From contig CAMNWO010000007.1 of assembly GCA_946565805.1 (NCBI GenBank), forward strand, positions 7,683 through 71,682: a stretch of DNA of 64,000 bases, read 5' to 3'. This document shows positions 9,011 through 18,614 of this stretch, piece after piece (positions within the stretch are counted from its first letter, which is position 1; the number at the start of each line of letters is the position of its first letter). The position numbers were made by a program, and so were the translations under genes. The notes under the pieces were generated by a model. The model saw only the letters and a program-made list of their open reading frames with translations. It was not told where the DNA came from and searched no databases. Source of the DNA: an uncultured Clostridium sp. (GTDB lineage: Bacteria > Bacillota > Clostridia > TANB77 > CAG-508).

Positions 9011-11368
9011 ATGTTATGTTCAGAATGTAATGAAAATCCAGCGATACTTTTTTATAAAAAAATAGAAAACGGGAAGGAGTCTATGGAAGGTTACTGTTAC
9101 AACTGTGCTAAGAAAAAAGGAATTAATCCTAATGAAGTATTAGCCAAACAAAATGATATCTTATCAAAAGACAATGTTAACTTATCCGATATGACAAAAC
9201 AGTTTGAAACAATTTTTAAAGATCTAGCTGAAAATATTAATTTAGAAGATATCGAAAATATAGAAGGGGCTATCACTTTCGAAAATACTGATTTAAATGG
9301 CGATGAAGATGGTCCTAAAATAGCAGGGGCAGCTATTCCCCTTGGTTCTATTTTTTCTAATATGTTTAATGGTCAATCGCATAAAGAAGGACAAGAAGAA
9401 CCAAGTATGGGAAGAAAAAAAGTAAAAGTCGAAAAAAAGAAAAATCCAAAACAAAGTAAAAAGAAAAAGTTTTTAGATACTTATGGAACTAACTTAACAA
9501 ATAAAGCTAAAAATAACGAAATTGATATTGTTATTGGCAGAGATAAAGAAATCCAAAGAATTGTTCAGATTTTAAATAGACGTTCTAAAAATAATCCTTG
9601 TCTAATTGGAGAGCCAGGCGTTGGAAAAACAGCGATTGCACAAGGATTAGCCATAAAAATTGCCAATCAAAATGTACCAGCAAAACTTTTAAATAAAGAA
9701 GTTTATTTACTAGATATGACAGCTGTGATTGCTGGAACTCAATTTAGAGGGCAATTCGAGTCAAGAATGAAGGGTATTATTGATGAATGTAGAGAATATG
9801 GAAATATTATTCTAGTTATTGACGAAATTCATAATATTATTGGTGCAGGTGATGGTGAACATTCTATGAATGCTGCTAATATTTTAAAACCTGCATTGTC
9901 CAATGGAGAAATCCAATTAATCGGTACTACCACCTTAAAAGAATATAGAAAATATATTGAAAAAGACTCTGCTTTAGAAAGAAGATTTCAACAAGTATTA
10001 GTAGAAGAACCTAATATTGACGATTCTATCGGTATATTAGAAGGAATTAAAAAATATTACGAAGAATATCACAAAGTAAAAATTTCTTCTGATGTCATTC
10101 GTCAAGTTGTGATTATGTCTGAAAAATACATTCATGATAGATTTTTGCCAGATAAAGCTATCGATATTTTAGATGAAGCTTGCTCTAGAATTAACTTAGA
10201 AAATAAAGATTTATATAAACTAGAAATGTTGAAACAAGAGTTAACACAAGTACAGACTGAAAAAGAAGAAGTCATTGCGGCAGATTCAACAGAAGATTAC
10301 CAAAGGGCTGCTGACTTAAAAACACGTGAATGTCAATTAATGGAACAGATCGATAAATTAAATAGCAAAATGAAATTAAAACAAATTACAGTTCAAGATA
10401 TTGCTAATGTAATTGAAAGCTGGACAAAAATACCAGTCAAAAAAATAACAGAAGCAGAAACACAAAAATTATTGAACTTAGAAACCAATCTTCATAAAAG
10501 AGTAATTGGTCAAGAAGAAGCTGTTAATAGTGTTGCCAGAGCAATTCGTAGAAATCGTGCTGGACTACAAAGTACAAAAAGACCACCATCTTTTATCTTT
10601 GTTGGACCTACTGGTGTGGGAAAAACCGAACTTGCTAAATCGCTTGCTTTTGAAATGTTTGGTAGTGAAGATGCCATCATTCGAGTAGACATGTCTGAAT
10701 ACATGGAAAGTCATTCTACTTCTAAACTAATTGGTGCTCCTCCAGGGTATGTAGGTTATGATGATGCTGGACAACTAACCGATAAAGTAAAAAGAAAACC
10801 GTATTCTATTATTTTATTAGATGAAATTGAAAAAGCACATCCAGATGTATTTAACATCTTGCTTCAAGTATTAGATGATGGAAAATTAACCGATAGCCAA
10901 GGAAACAGTGTTAGCTTTTCTAATACTATTATCATTATGACTTCTAATGCAGGTTCTCACTTAAATAACAATTCTATTGGATTTGGTGGGCAAACCATTA
11001 ACAAGAATAAAGTAATGGACAGCTTAAAAGATGTTTTCCGCCCAGAATTCTTAAACAGAGTAGATGAAATTGTAGCATTTGATAGTTTAACCAAAGAACA
11101 ATTAATGCAAATTGTTGATTTAATGTTAAAAGATACTGTAAATGCTTTAAAAGAAAAAGACATTACAATTGAAATTAGTAAAACCGCTAAAAACTTTATT
11201 TTAGAAAAAGGAACTGATGTTAAGTTTGGTGCTAGACCTTTAAGAAGGGCTATTCAACGTTATCTTGATGATGAACTTTCTGAAATGATTTTACGTGGTG
11301 AATTATTAGATGGAAAAACTGTTACTGTTAATCTAAAGAATGATAAATTGAAATTTGAAATAAAATAG
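9011..11368 (+). CDS. clpE: ATP-dependent Clp protease ATP-binding subunit, ClpE-like (N-terminal zinc ribbon)
   Basis: 785 aa. CSEC...CYNC zinc ribbon. Two AAA+ modules with Walker A GEPGVGKT and [11 protein letters not shown]-like linker ([13 protein letters not shown]). Confidence 0.85.
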   Translation: MLCSECNENPAILFYKKIENGKESMEGYCYNCAKKKGINPNEVLAKQNDILSKDNVNLSDMTKQFETIFKDLAENINLEDIENIEGAITFENTDLNGDEDGPKIAGAAIPLGSIFSNMFNGQSHKEGQEEPSMGRKKVKVEKKKNPKQSKKKKFLDTYGTNLTNKAKNNEIDIVIGRDKEIQRIVQILNRRSKNNPCLIGEPGVGKTAIAQGLAIKIANQNVPAKLLNKEVYLLDMTAVIAGTQFRGQFESRMKGIIDECREYGNIILVIDEIHNIIGAGDGEHSMNAANILKPALSNGEIQLIGTTTLKEYRKYIEKDSALERRFQQVLVEEPNIDDSIGILEGIKKYYEEYHKVKISSDVIRQVVIMSEKYIHDRFLPDKAIDILDEACSRINLENKDLYKLEMLKQELTQVQTEKEEVIAADSTEDYQRAADLKTRECQLMEQIDKLNSKMKLKQITVQDIANVIESWTKIPVKKITEAETQKLLNLETNLHKRVIGQEEAVNSVARAIRRNRAGLQSTKRPPSFIFVGPTGVGKTELAKSLAFEMFGSEDAIIRVDMSEYMESHSTSKLIGAPPGYVGYDDAGQLTDKVKRKPYSIILLDEIEKAHPDVFNILLQVLDDGKLTDSQGNSVSFSNTIIIMTSNAGSHLNNNSIGFGGQTINKNKVMDSLKDVFRPEFLNRVDEIVAFDSLTKEQLMQIVDLMLKDTVNALKEKDITIEISKTAKNFILEKGTDVKFGARPLRRAIQRYLDDELSEMILRGELLDGKTVTVNLKNDKLKFEIK

Positions 11369-11377
11369 GAGAAAATT

Positions 11378-11956
11378 ATGTTAAAACATGTACCAAATAT
11401 CTTAACAGTCGTTCGACTTTTATTAATACCAGTTATAATATTTTATATTTTCACTGGTAACTATATCTTAGCTTTTGTATTTTTTACTTTATCTGCTATC
11501 ACCGATATTGCCGATGGCTTTATTGCCAGAAAATTTAATCTGGTTTCCAATTTTGGAAAATTAATGGACCCTTTAGCAGATAAATTAACCCAAATTTCTA
11601 CTCTTGCTTCTCTTGTGTTAACTGATATTATACCAATTTGGATTTTGCTAGTTGTTTTCTTTAAAGAGTTTATTATGATATGTGGTGCTTCTTTCCTTTA
11701 TGGAAAAGATGTTGTTGTTTATAGCCGTTGGTATGGAAAACTTGCTACTGTATTATTATATTTTGCTATTGTGATATCTCTTTTACTAAAGCAATATGGG
11801 CTTACTGGTATTTGGGAACAAATTGATTTAACTATTTTTGCCTTGGCATTAATTGCAACTATCTTCTCTTTTATTATGTATGTAAAAGATTTATACCAAA
11901 AAGGTTTTATTGATAAACAAGATTTGAAAAAAGAAGTTACAGTTGATAAAAAATGA
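11378..11956 (+). CDS. pgsA: CDP-diacylglycerol-glycerol-3-phosphate 3-phosphatidyltransferase
   Basis: CDP-alcohol phosphatidyltransferase motif DIADGFIARKFNLVSNFGKLMDPLADK. 192-aa polytopic protein. The stop codon is the TGA of repeat element B. Confidence 0.85.
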   Translation: MLKHVPNILTVVRLLLIPVIIFYIFTGNYILAFVFFTLSAITDIADGFIARKFNLVSNFGKLMDPLADKLTQISTLASLVLTDIIPIWILLVVFFKEFIMICGASFLYGKDVVVYSRWYGKLATVLLYFAIVISLLLKQYGLTGIWEQIDLTIFALALIATIFSFIMYVKDLYQKGFIDKQDLKKEVTVDKK

Positions 11957-12108
11957 GACAAATGGGGACAGTCCTAGATTTGAGACAAGGGGGACAGGTC
12001 TTAACTGTCTCATTTTATATTTTTAGTGAAAATTATTTTATTTAAAAAAATGAGACAGTTAAGACCTGTCCCCCTTGTCTCAAATCTAGGACTGTGCCCT
12101 TTGTCTCA
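11954..12108. repeat. Nested palindromic element B (an A-type element inside the loop of a second TGAGACA..GGGGACAG unit)
   Basis: tgagacaaatggggacagtcctagatt[tgagacaagggggacaggtcttaactgtctca...tgagacagttaagacctgtcccccttgtctca]aatctaggactgtgccctttgtctca. Confidence 0.85.
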
Positions 12109-12241
12109 TTTTTCTCTATAGCGATTGACCTTTATGTGAATTTGTGGTAATATAATAGTGGTATTTAGTGTAAATACACAATTAAGAAAGGAGAAAAAAC
12201 TGTAACTATTAACGAAAGCAATAATTAAAAGGAGGTTTTTT

Positions 12242-13702
12242 ATGCGACCAGAACTTTTGAAGTTAACTCCAAAACGGTACAGATGTCCCTATTGTGGAGA
12301 ATGGCATCCTTGGAAAGGTATGTCCTTAGGATATTATGATAATGCTTGGTGTACAACAAGTCTATACTTCTCTCATAATCATATGGCTACTGACGAGATA
12401 GCATTCTATTTTGAAGATGATTTTTGCTATTATGAAGTGCCGTCTGTCTGCGGACGTATAAATAAGATAGAAGGTTCAATTCTAATCAAAGACATCGTAG
12501 AAAGTTCATCTAAACCTCGCGTAACTTTTCATGTAGAAGTTATTACATCGTCTACTCTAGGGAAATGTAAAGACTGCTCTGACTGTTGGGCTACTGATGT
12601 ATGTATAGCATGCATACAAAGTGACGAAGGCGATAGACATAAAGTCATTATTCCATTCGGTTTCGAGTTTGATGAAGATGAATATTTTGCAATTGTAGGC
12701 AAAAATCAGAAAGGTAAAGACAAAAAGGAGGATTCTATTATGAAAAAAGCAACAACAATTTGGGACCAGTTATACAAACACAGCCCAGAGGAAAACGTGC
12801 AGATTGCAAAAGAATGGGCAGGCAAATACAAACCTACTTTAAAGTGGGCCGTTCCGGTTGTTACCATCTATGCAGCCTACCGGATTTTGAATTCTAAAAA
12901 TTCAGGAATCACGGTAAAGAACATCGAAAAATTCAGCACTAAAAACTTAGGCTTTGCCTTTGACAGCTTAAAAGACAAAAAATCACTGAGTCATTTAATG
13001 CAGTGGGGAAAAATAACGGTAGGAGCTTATGCTGCTATGAAAGCTGTTTCGGCGATTTATAAGAACACAGATCCGAAAGAGATCTCAACGGAGCAGGTAG
13101 AGGATGGCTTGGAGAAATTAGAAGGAGTTAAAAACAAATTTGGTTTTATCCAGCCCAAAACGGAAGCATTACTCCCTGTCGCAGTTTCTGTTATCATAGT
13201 TTATATCATGACGCAGAAACCTGCATGGTTTGAAACAGTAAAGGAAAAAGCAGGCGATTTGGCGGGAGACGTTTCTTCTAAGGCGGAAGTCTATTCTGAG
13301 ATTGTAAAGCTTTTCTTAGCAGACAAACTGCACATCGACTTTGAAGATGAAGAAGAGATGCAGAAAGCAAAAAAATTCGCTCTCCTGGCAGCCATTGTAG
13401 GAGTATGTGTGCTTTTATATGGTAAAAAGGTGGTTGGCGTAAAAGACGATACAGACGATAGTAAAACATCGGCTTTCACCAACCAGATGCAGAGCTTTTT
13501 GTCCCAGGTAATCAACGTGATGAAAAAGCTGATGCCGACAGCCTTTGCAGGAATTACTGCGTGGTTAGTTAGCAAAAAGTTTTTGTCAGCAGATGAGCTT
13601 TTGGAAGATGCCTTCTTTGTAGAAGATGGTGAAGCATCAGGCGAAGAAGTCGAAGAAGCTTCTGATGAAGCAGAACACGACAATGAAGACGATGAAGAAT
13701 AA
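12242..13702 (+). CDS. Hypothetical Zn-ribbon / Cys-rich N-domain plus multi-TM protein with an acidic tail (paralog B)
   Basis: 486 aa. From about residue 160 onward nearly identical, in DNA too, to the reverse complement of 6135-7595. The N-domain has a diverged sequence but conserved Cys spacing. The promoter/RBS region 12130-12241 mirrors 7596-7700. Confidence 0.7.
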   Translation: MRPELLKLTPKRYRCPYCGEWHPWKGMSLGYYDNAWCTTSLYFSHNHMATDEIAFYFEDDFCYYEVPSVCGRINKIEGSILIKDIVESSSKPRVTFHVEVITSSTLGKCKDCSDCWATDVCIACIQSDEGDRHKVIIPFGFEFDEDEYFAIVGKNQKGKDKKEDSIMKKATTIWDQLYKHSPEENVQIAKEWAGKYKPTLKWAVPVVTIYAAYRILNSKNSGITVKNIEKFSTKNLGFAFDSLKDKKSLSHLMQWGKITVGAYAAMKAVSAIYKNTDPKEISTEQVEDGLEKLEGVKNKFGFIQPKTEALLPVAVSVIIVYIMTQKPAWFETVKEKAGDLAGDVSSKAEVYSEIVKLFLADKLHIDFEDEEEMQKAKKFALLAAIVGVCVLLYGKKVVGVKDDTDDSKTSAFTNQMQSFLSQVINVMKKLMPTAFAGITAWLVSKKFLSADELLEDAFFVEDGEASGEEVEEASDEAEHDNEDDEE

Positions 13703-13755
13703 TAAAAAATAGTTTTTTCTTCAAAAAGCCGACTCATAAATTGAGTCGGCTTTTT

Positions 13756-13862
13756 TGAGACAAAGGGGGACAGGTCTTAACTGTCTCATTTTTTTCTTAA
13801 ATAAAACAATTTTTACTAAAAATATAAAATGACACAGTTAAGACCTGTCCCCCTTTGTCTCA
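13756..13862. repeat. Palindromic intergenic element C (mirror copy of element A)
   Basis: tgagacaaagggggacaggtcttaactgtctca ... tgacacagttaagacctgtccccctttgtctca, directly after the terminator of paralog B. Confidence 0.85.
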
Positions 13863-13975
13863 AAACTTGAAAAATTATGTGAAATATGGTAAAATAGAAG
13901 TATAGATAGCGAAATGCTGTCTAAATACATTAAAGGAAAGGTCGTGAAGAATAGTAACGACCAAGGGAAAATTAT

Positions 13976-14362
13976 ATGTTTAAAACAACAGTAGATTTTT
14001 ATCAGCGGGCGTATGCATTAGCAAATGAAGAAGAAGAGCAGTTAATCATACCATATATGGTTAATGCTGTAGAGCGTCAGTCAAATCCAAAACCAATTTC
14101 ACAGATGGAAGATTCCGCTGGAAATGCTATTCCGCTCCGTGAGGAAACAGAGGATATCAAACGGCAGAGAAGAACCTTGGAGAGGACTCTTGATGCCAAG
14201 ATTGAAAAATTAACTGAGTCGGAGCCGATTGAGGGAATGACTTCAATACAGGAGATGGATTTCAGGCTGAGACAAGAGCTGGTGCGGGCCGGATGGATTT
14301 TGACAGAAACAGAAGGCAAGGTAGTGATTTATTCCTATCTGCCAACTCTTCATCAGAAGTAA
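13976..14362 (+). CDS. Hypothetical protein (G+C-richer islet)
   Basis: 128-aa ORF with no recognisable motif. Uses CGG as Arg three times. Followed by a strong terminator. Confidence 0.4.
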   Translation: MFKTTVDFYQRAYALANEEEEQLIIPYMVNAVERQSNPKPISQMEDSAGNAIPLREETEDIKRQRRTLERTLDAKIEKLTESEPIEGMTSIQEMDFRLRQELVRAGWILTETEGKVVIYSYLPTLHQK

Positions 14363-14366
14363 AAAA

Positions 14367-14400
14367 CCCCCTTGTTGCAGTGTACTGCAACAGGGGTTTT
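14367..14400. terminator. Hairpin terminator between 13976-14362 and htrA
   Basis: cccccttgttgcag-tgta-ctgcaacagggg followed by tttt. Confidence 0.7.
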
Positions 14401-14428
14401 CCCTTGTACAATTCAATTTATCAATAAA

Positions 14429-15691
14429 CTAAGGTTGTTCACCTAAAGTAATGGTTAAATCTTTTTCTTGTCCATTGCGATTTACTTTAATTTTCATTTC
14501 ATCGCCAATTTTATGAGAATTTTTGATTTCATTTAATTCATCCATTTTTGTAATTTTCTTACCATCAGCTTCAATAATTACATCACCAATTTTAATACCA
14601 GCTTTTTCACCAGCAGAAAAATCTTCAATTGATTTTACATAGATACCAACTACTAAATTGTTAGCCTTTGCAGTATTTTCTGTTAAATCCATACCAGAAA
14701 TTCCAATATAAGGTCTTTTTACTTTGCTATATTGAATTAATTGAGAAGTAATATCAGTTGTTGCATTAATAGGAATAGCAAATCCCATACCTTCAATTCC
14801 TGTTCCAGAAAGTTTTAAAGTATTAATACCAATTACTTTTCCTTCGCTATTAACCAAAGCACCACCGCTGTTACCAGAGTTGATAGCAGCATCGGTTTGA
14901 ATTAAGGTGAATTTTTTTCCATCAGAATCAGTTACTTCTCGGTTTACTGCACTAATAACACCACAAGTGATACTACTTTGCATACCAAGAGGATTACCAA
15001 CAGCCATAGCAAATTCACCAACTTTAATGTTATCTGAATCAGCAAATTCAGCCTTAGAAAGTCCTGTTTTTTCAATTTTAATAACTGCTAAGTCAGTTTG
15101 TTCATCTTTTCCTATAATTTTAGCTTCATAAGTTGTTTCATCATTAAATAAGGTAACAGTTACTTTAGTAGCTTCAGATACTTCATAATAAGATTCAGAA
15201 GAACTTGTAGCTACAATGTGATTATTAGTTAGAATATAACCATCATCACTGATGATGATTCCAGAACCACTTGCTTTAGCAGTATTTGTTTGTGCTTGTC
15301 TTCCAAACATAGAAATAAGAGAATTTACATTATATTCTACTTCAATTCCTACAATAGATGGTAAAACTTTGTTGGCAGAAAAAATAGCAGTATCAGAATA
15401 ATTAGATAATGAAGTTTGACTTACATATCCACTATTTTGAGAGTTCGTAATATTTTCTGTGTTAGTAGGAAGATTAAATAATTTAGAACGAATAGAGGGA
15501 ACCCCAAAACAAGTTCCAAGAACTACTACACATCCAATTGCTCCACTAAGAAAAGGCAATAAAACACTTTTTCCAAATCCAACTTTTGCTTTTGGCTTTG
15601 TTTCATTTTGATAAACCGTTTTATATGTATTAGGGTTTTGAACGGTTTTGAAGTTTTGTACTTTTTCATTTTTCTTTTCATTTTCTTCCAT
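14429..15691 (-). CDS. htrA: HtrA/DegP-family serine protease with PDZ domain
   Basis: N-terminal TM anchor. Trypsin-like domain with HIV..., DLAVIKI and GNSGGALVN catalytic motifs. C-terminal PDZ (GDVIIEADGKKI). Confidence 0.85.
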   Translation of the reverse strand: MEENEKKNEKVQNFKTVQNPNTYKTVYQNETKPKAKVGFGKSVLLPFLSGAIGCVVVLGTCFGVPSIRSKLFNLPTNTENITNSQNSGYVSQTSLSNYSDTAIFSANKVLPSIVGIEVEYNVNSLISMFGRQAQTNTAKASGSGIIISDDGYILTNNHIVATSSSESYYEVSEATKVTVTLFNDETTYEAKIIGKDEQTDLAVIKIEKTGLSKAEFADSDNIKVGEFAMAVGNPLGMQSSITCGVISAVNREVTDSDGKKFTLIQTDAAINSGNSGGALVNSEGKVIGINTLKLSGTGIEGMGFAIPINATTDITSQLIQYSKVKRPYIGISGMDLTENTAKANNLVVGIYVKSIEDFSAGEKAGIKIGDVIIEADGKKITKMDELNEIKNSHKIGDEMKIKVNRNGQEKDLTITLGEQP

Positions 15692-15843
15692 TTTGTTAAA
15701 ACCTCCTAAATTTAATAATTATTAATATAATAACCTATTTTATACATATCATACAAGACCTTTGTGAAATTTGTGTGAAAAAAAATTGTCTTTGTATTGA
15801 AAATAAAAAAATAACAAGATATAATGTAGAAAAAAAGTAAAGG

Positions 15844-16347
15844 ATGATAAATATGAAGAACAAAACAAACGGAATTACACTAATTAGCTTAGTTATAACA
15901 ATTATTATATTAACAATATTAGCAGGAATTAGTATTTATAGTGGAAAAGATATTATAAAAAAAGCGAAATTGGAAGAGCTAAAAACCAATATGCTTTTAA
16001 TTCAAGCCAAAGCAAGAGAATATGTAGAAGAAGCAAATTTTAAAATAGGAATAGGAACGGAAGAAGAAAAAAATGAAAAAACAGTAAATGTTAGAAAAGA
16101 AATTTATGAGGATACAGAAAAGTTAAGGCCAGCACAAGAGTTGCCAGAAAAATTAGGGATAACAGATGCAAGTGCTTGTTATTATTTAACACCAGAAGCA
16201 AAAGTAAGATGGGGATTAGAAAAGTTACAAGACGAGGAACAATATTTAATTAAATTTAATGAAAAAGATGTAAGTGTTGAAATCTATAATTTGGAAGGAT
16301 ATCAAGAAAAATATTCTTTAACAGAGATCGACCAAATAGAAGAGTAG
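15844..16347 (+). CDS. Prepilin-type N-terminal domain protein (pseudopilin-like)
   Basis: NGITLISLVITIIILTILAGI resembles the class III signal/hydrophobic segment, though Glu+5 is replaced. ATG 15853 is the more likely start by RBS spacing. Confidence 0.5.
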   Translation: MINMKNKTNGITLISLVITIIILTILAGISIYSGKDIIKKAKLEELKTNMLLIQAKAREYVEEANFKIGIGTEEEKNEKTVNVRKEIYEDTEKLRPAQELPEKLGITDASACYYLTPEAKVRWGLEKLQDEEQYLIKFNEKDVSVEIYNLEGYQEKYSLTEIDQIEE

Positions 16348-16355
16348 GGAAAGTT

Positions 16356-17009
16356 GTGCCCAAAGGAGAAATGAGATTAAAAATGAAAGAAAAAGAGCTA
16401 GAAAGATTAACTAGATTAAAAGAAATAGAAAAAGATTTATACCAAAAAGGATTTCAAAATATATGTGGAATTGATGAAGCTGGAAGAGGTCCTTTAGCTG
16501 GGCCTGTAGTTGTAGCAGGAGTTATTATGCCACAAGATTCTATGATAGAAGGGGTTAATGACTCTAAAAAAGTATCAGAAAAGAAAAGAGAAAAATTGTA
16601 TGATCTCATTTTAGAAGAAGCAATTAGTTATTCTGTTGCTATCATAGGACAAGATATTATTGATGAAATCAATATTTTAAATGCAACCAAACAAGGCGTT
16701 ACGAAGGTGGTGGAAGAGTTAGATGTAGAGCCAGATTTAATTGTAGTAGATGCATTAACTCATATTAATACCAAAGGAATTCCTTATAATTCTATTATTA
16801 AAGGAGATGCCAAATGCTATAACATAGCAGCAGCTTCTATTATAGCAAAAGTAACAAGGGATAGAATTATGAGACAGTGGGATGAAATCTATCCACAATA
16901 TGGTTTTAGTGCTCATAAAGGATATGGAACAGCAAAACATATTACAGCAATAAAAGAGTATGGATTATGTCCAATCCACAGAAGAAGTTTTACCAAAAAT
17001 TTTGTCTAA
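16356..17009 (+). CDS. rnhB: Ribonuclease HII
   Basis: GIDEAGRGPLAGPVV active-site motif and SIIAKVTRD. ATG 16384 is a possible alternative start. Confidence 0.85.
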   Translation: MPKGEMRLKMKEKELERLTRLKEIEKDLYQKGFQNICGIDEAGRGPLAGPVVVAGVIMPQDSMIEGVNDSKKVSEKKREKLYDLILEEAISYSVAIIGQDIIDEINILNATKQGVTKVVEELDVEPDLIVVDALTHINTKGIPYNSIIKGDAKCYNIAAASIIAKVTRDRIMRQWDEIYPQYGFSAHKGYGTAKHITAIKEYGLCPIHRRSFTKNFV

Positions 17010-17062
17010 TTGCATGGAGAAATCGTGTGTTTACATCTAATATTTAGAATAGGAGATAGAAA

Positions 17063-18367
17063 ATGAGAATCATTGATATTATAGAGAAAAAAAGAGAGAG
17101 ACAAGAATTAAAGAAAGAAGAAATTGAATATTTTATAACAGAATATACGAATGGAAATGTAAAAGACTATCAAGCGGCAGCCTTAATTATGGCCATCTTT
17201 TTAAATGGAATGACAGACCAAGAAACAACAGACTTAACATTAGCTATGGCTCATTCAGGAGAAATCTTAGATTTATCCACATTGGGAGAAGTAATTGTGG
17301 ATAAACATTCAACTGGAGGTGTAGGAGATAAAGTTTCATTAATCTTATTACCATTGGTTAGTTCTTTTGGTGTACCAGTTGCTAAAATGTCAGGAAGAGG
17401 ATTAGGATTTACAGGAGGGACGATTGATAAACTAGAGGCGATACCAGGTTACCAAACAGCTATCCCTATGGAGCAATTTGTAAAAAATGTAGAGGAAATT
17501 GGTATAAGTTTAATTTCTCAAACTTTAAATTTAGCACCAGCAGATAAAAAATTATATGCTTTACGAGATAGTATTTCTTGTGTAGAAAGTATACCATTAA
17601 TCGCTTCTAGTATTATGAGTAAAAAAATTGCGAGTGGAGCACAAAAAATTGTGTTAGATGTAACAGTTGGAAAAGGTGCTTTTATGCAAAACATAGAAGA
17701 TGCTAGAAAATTGGCAAATGCCATGATAGAGATTGGAAAATTAGCTAAAAGAGAGACAGTTTGTGTATTAACCAATATGAATGAACCATTAGGATATGCG
17801 GTAGGAAATAGTTTAGAAGTAATAGAAGCGGTCAATTTCTTAAAAGGAAATATGCCAGAAGATTTGAAACAAGTAGTATTAGAATTAGGAAGCTATATGA
17901 TTTACCTAGCAGGAAAAGGACCAGATTTAGAAGAAAATAAAGTGAAATTATTAGAAAAAATAGAAAATGGAGAAGCTTATCAAAAATTTTTAGCACTGAT
18001 AAAGCAACAAGGAGGAGAGATTTCGTTTCTTCAAAATCTTGAAAAATTACCAAAAGCAAAATTTGTAGAAGCTATTTATAACGAAGAAGATGGCTATATA
18101 CAAGAAATCAACAGTAAAGAAGTAGGAAAACTAGCTGGAATATTAGGAGCTGGTAGAGAGAAAAAGGAAGATGTGATTGACCCAAGTGTAGGAATTGTAT
18201 TGACGAAAAAAGTTGCAGAAGAAGTAAAAAAAGGAGAGCCATTAGCCTATATTCATGCGAATGAATTAGCTAAGTTAGAAGAAGCAAAGGAAAAACTAAA
18301 AGAAATTATTAAGATTTCAAAAGAAAAAGTAGAGCAAGAGAAGACAATATGGGAGATTATAAAGTAA
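17063..18367 (+). CDS. pdp: Pyrimidine-nucleoside (thymidine) phosphorylase
   Basis: 434 aa with DKHSTGGVGDK and SGRGLGFTGGTIDKLE motifs. Confidence 0.85.
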   Translation: MRIIDIIEKKRERQELKKEEIEYFITEYTNGNVKDYQAAALIMAIFLNGMTDQETTDLTLAMAHSGEILDLSTLGEVIVDKHSTGGVGDKVSLILLPLVSSFGVPVAKMSGRGLGFTGGTIDKLEAIPGYQTAIPMEQFVKNVEEIGISLISQTLNLAPADKKLYALRDSISCVESIPLIASSIMSKKIASGAQKIVLDVTVGKGAFMQNIEDARKLANAMIEIGKLAKRETVCVLTNMNEPLGYAVGNSLEVIEAVNFLKGNMPEDLKQVVLELGSYMIYLAGKGPDLEENKVKLLEKIENGEAYQKFLALIKQQGGEISFLQNLEKLPKAKFVEAIYNEEDGYIQEINSKEVGKLAGILGAGREKKEDVIDPSVGIVLTKKVAEEVKKGEPLAYIHANELAKLEEAKEKLKEIIKISKEKVEQEKTIWEIIK

Positions 18368-18470
18368 ATGTAAAGAATAGAAATTTATAGAAATCAAGTC
18401 AAAGGAATTGAAAATTTGACAAGATATGATATAATAAAAAATGAAAGAAAAACAGAAAGGATGAAATCAA

Positions 18471-18599
18471 ATGAAAAAGAAAGAACATAAATCAAATTAT
18501 GATAAAGGGCAAGTATTTGTAAAGATTATGGCAGGTATTTTAGCAATTTTAATGATGATGGGGACAATAATTACACTTGTATACGCATTAATGGGATAA
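18471..18599 (+). CDS. Small membrane protein (42 aa) upstream of cdaA
   Basis: MKKKEHKSNYDKGQVFVKIMAGILAILMMMGTIITLVYALMG. Basic N-terminus plus one TM helix. aaagga RBS. Below the ORF-track cutoff. Confidence 0.4.
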   Translation: MKKKEHKSNYDKGQVFVKIMAGILAILMMMGTIITLVYALMG

Positions 18600-18614
18600 A
18601 AAGAGGAGAAATAA

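Noticed and set aside
6135-13702. A diversity-generating retroelement as the cause of the divergent N-domains of the paralog pair
   Set aside because: There is no reverse transcriptase or template repeat in the window. The differences are spread over all base types and over about 160 codons rather than confined to a short variable repeat.
13291-13737. A 148-aa Ser-rich ORF antisense to paralog B, with a twin at 6100-6333 antisense to paralog A
   Set aside because: It is the mirror image of the acidic GAA/GAT-rich tail and conserved coding region of the sense gene. It has no RBS. Its low-complexity Ser/Leu composition is typical of antisense artefacts.
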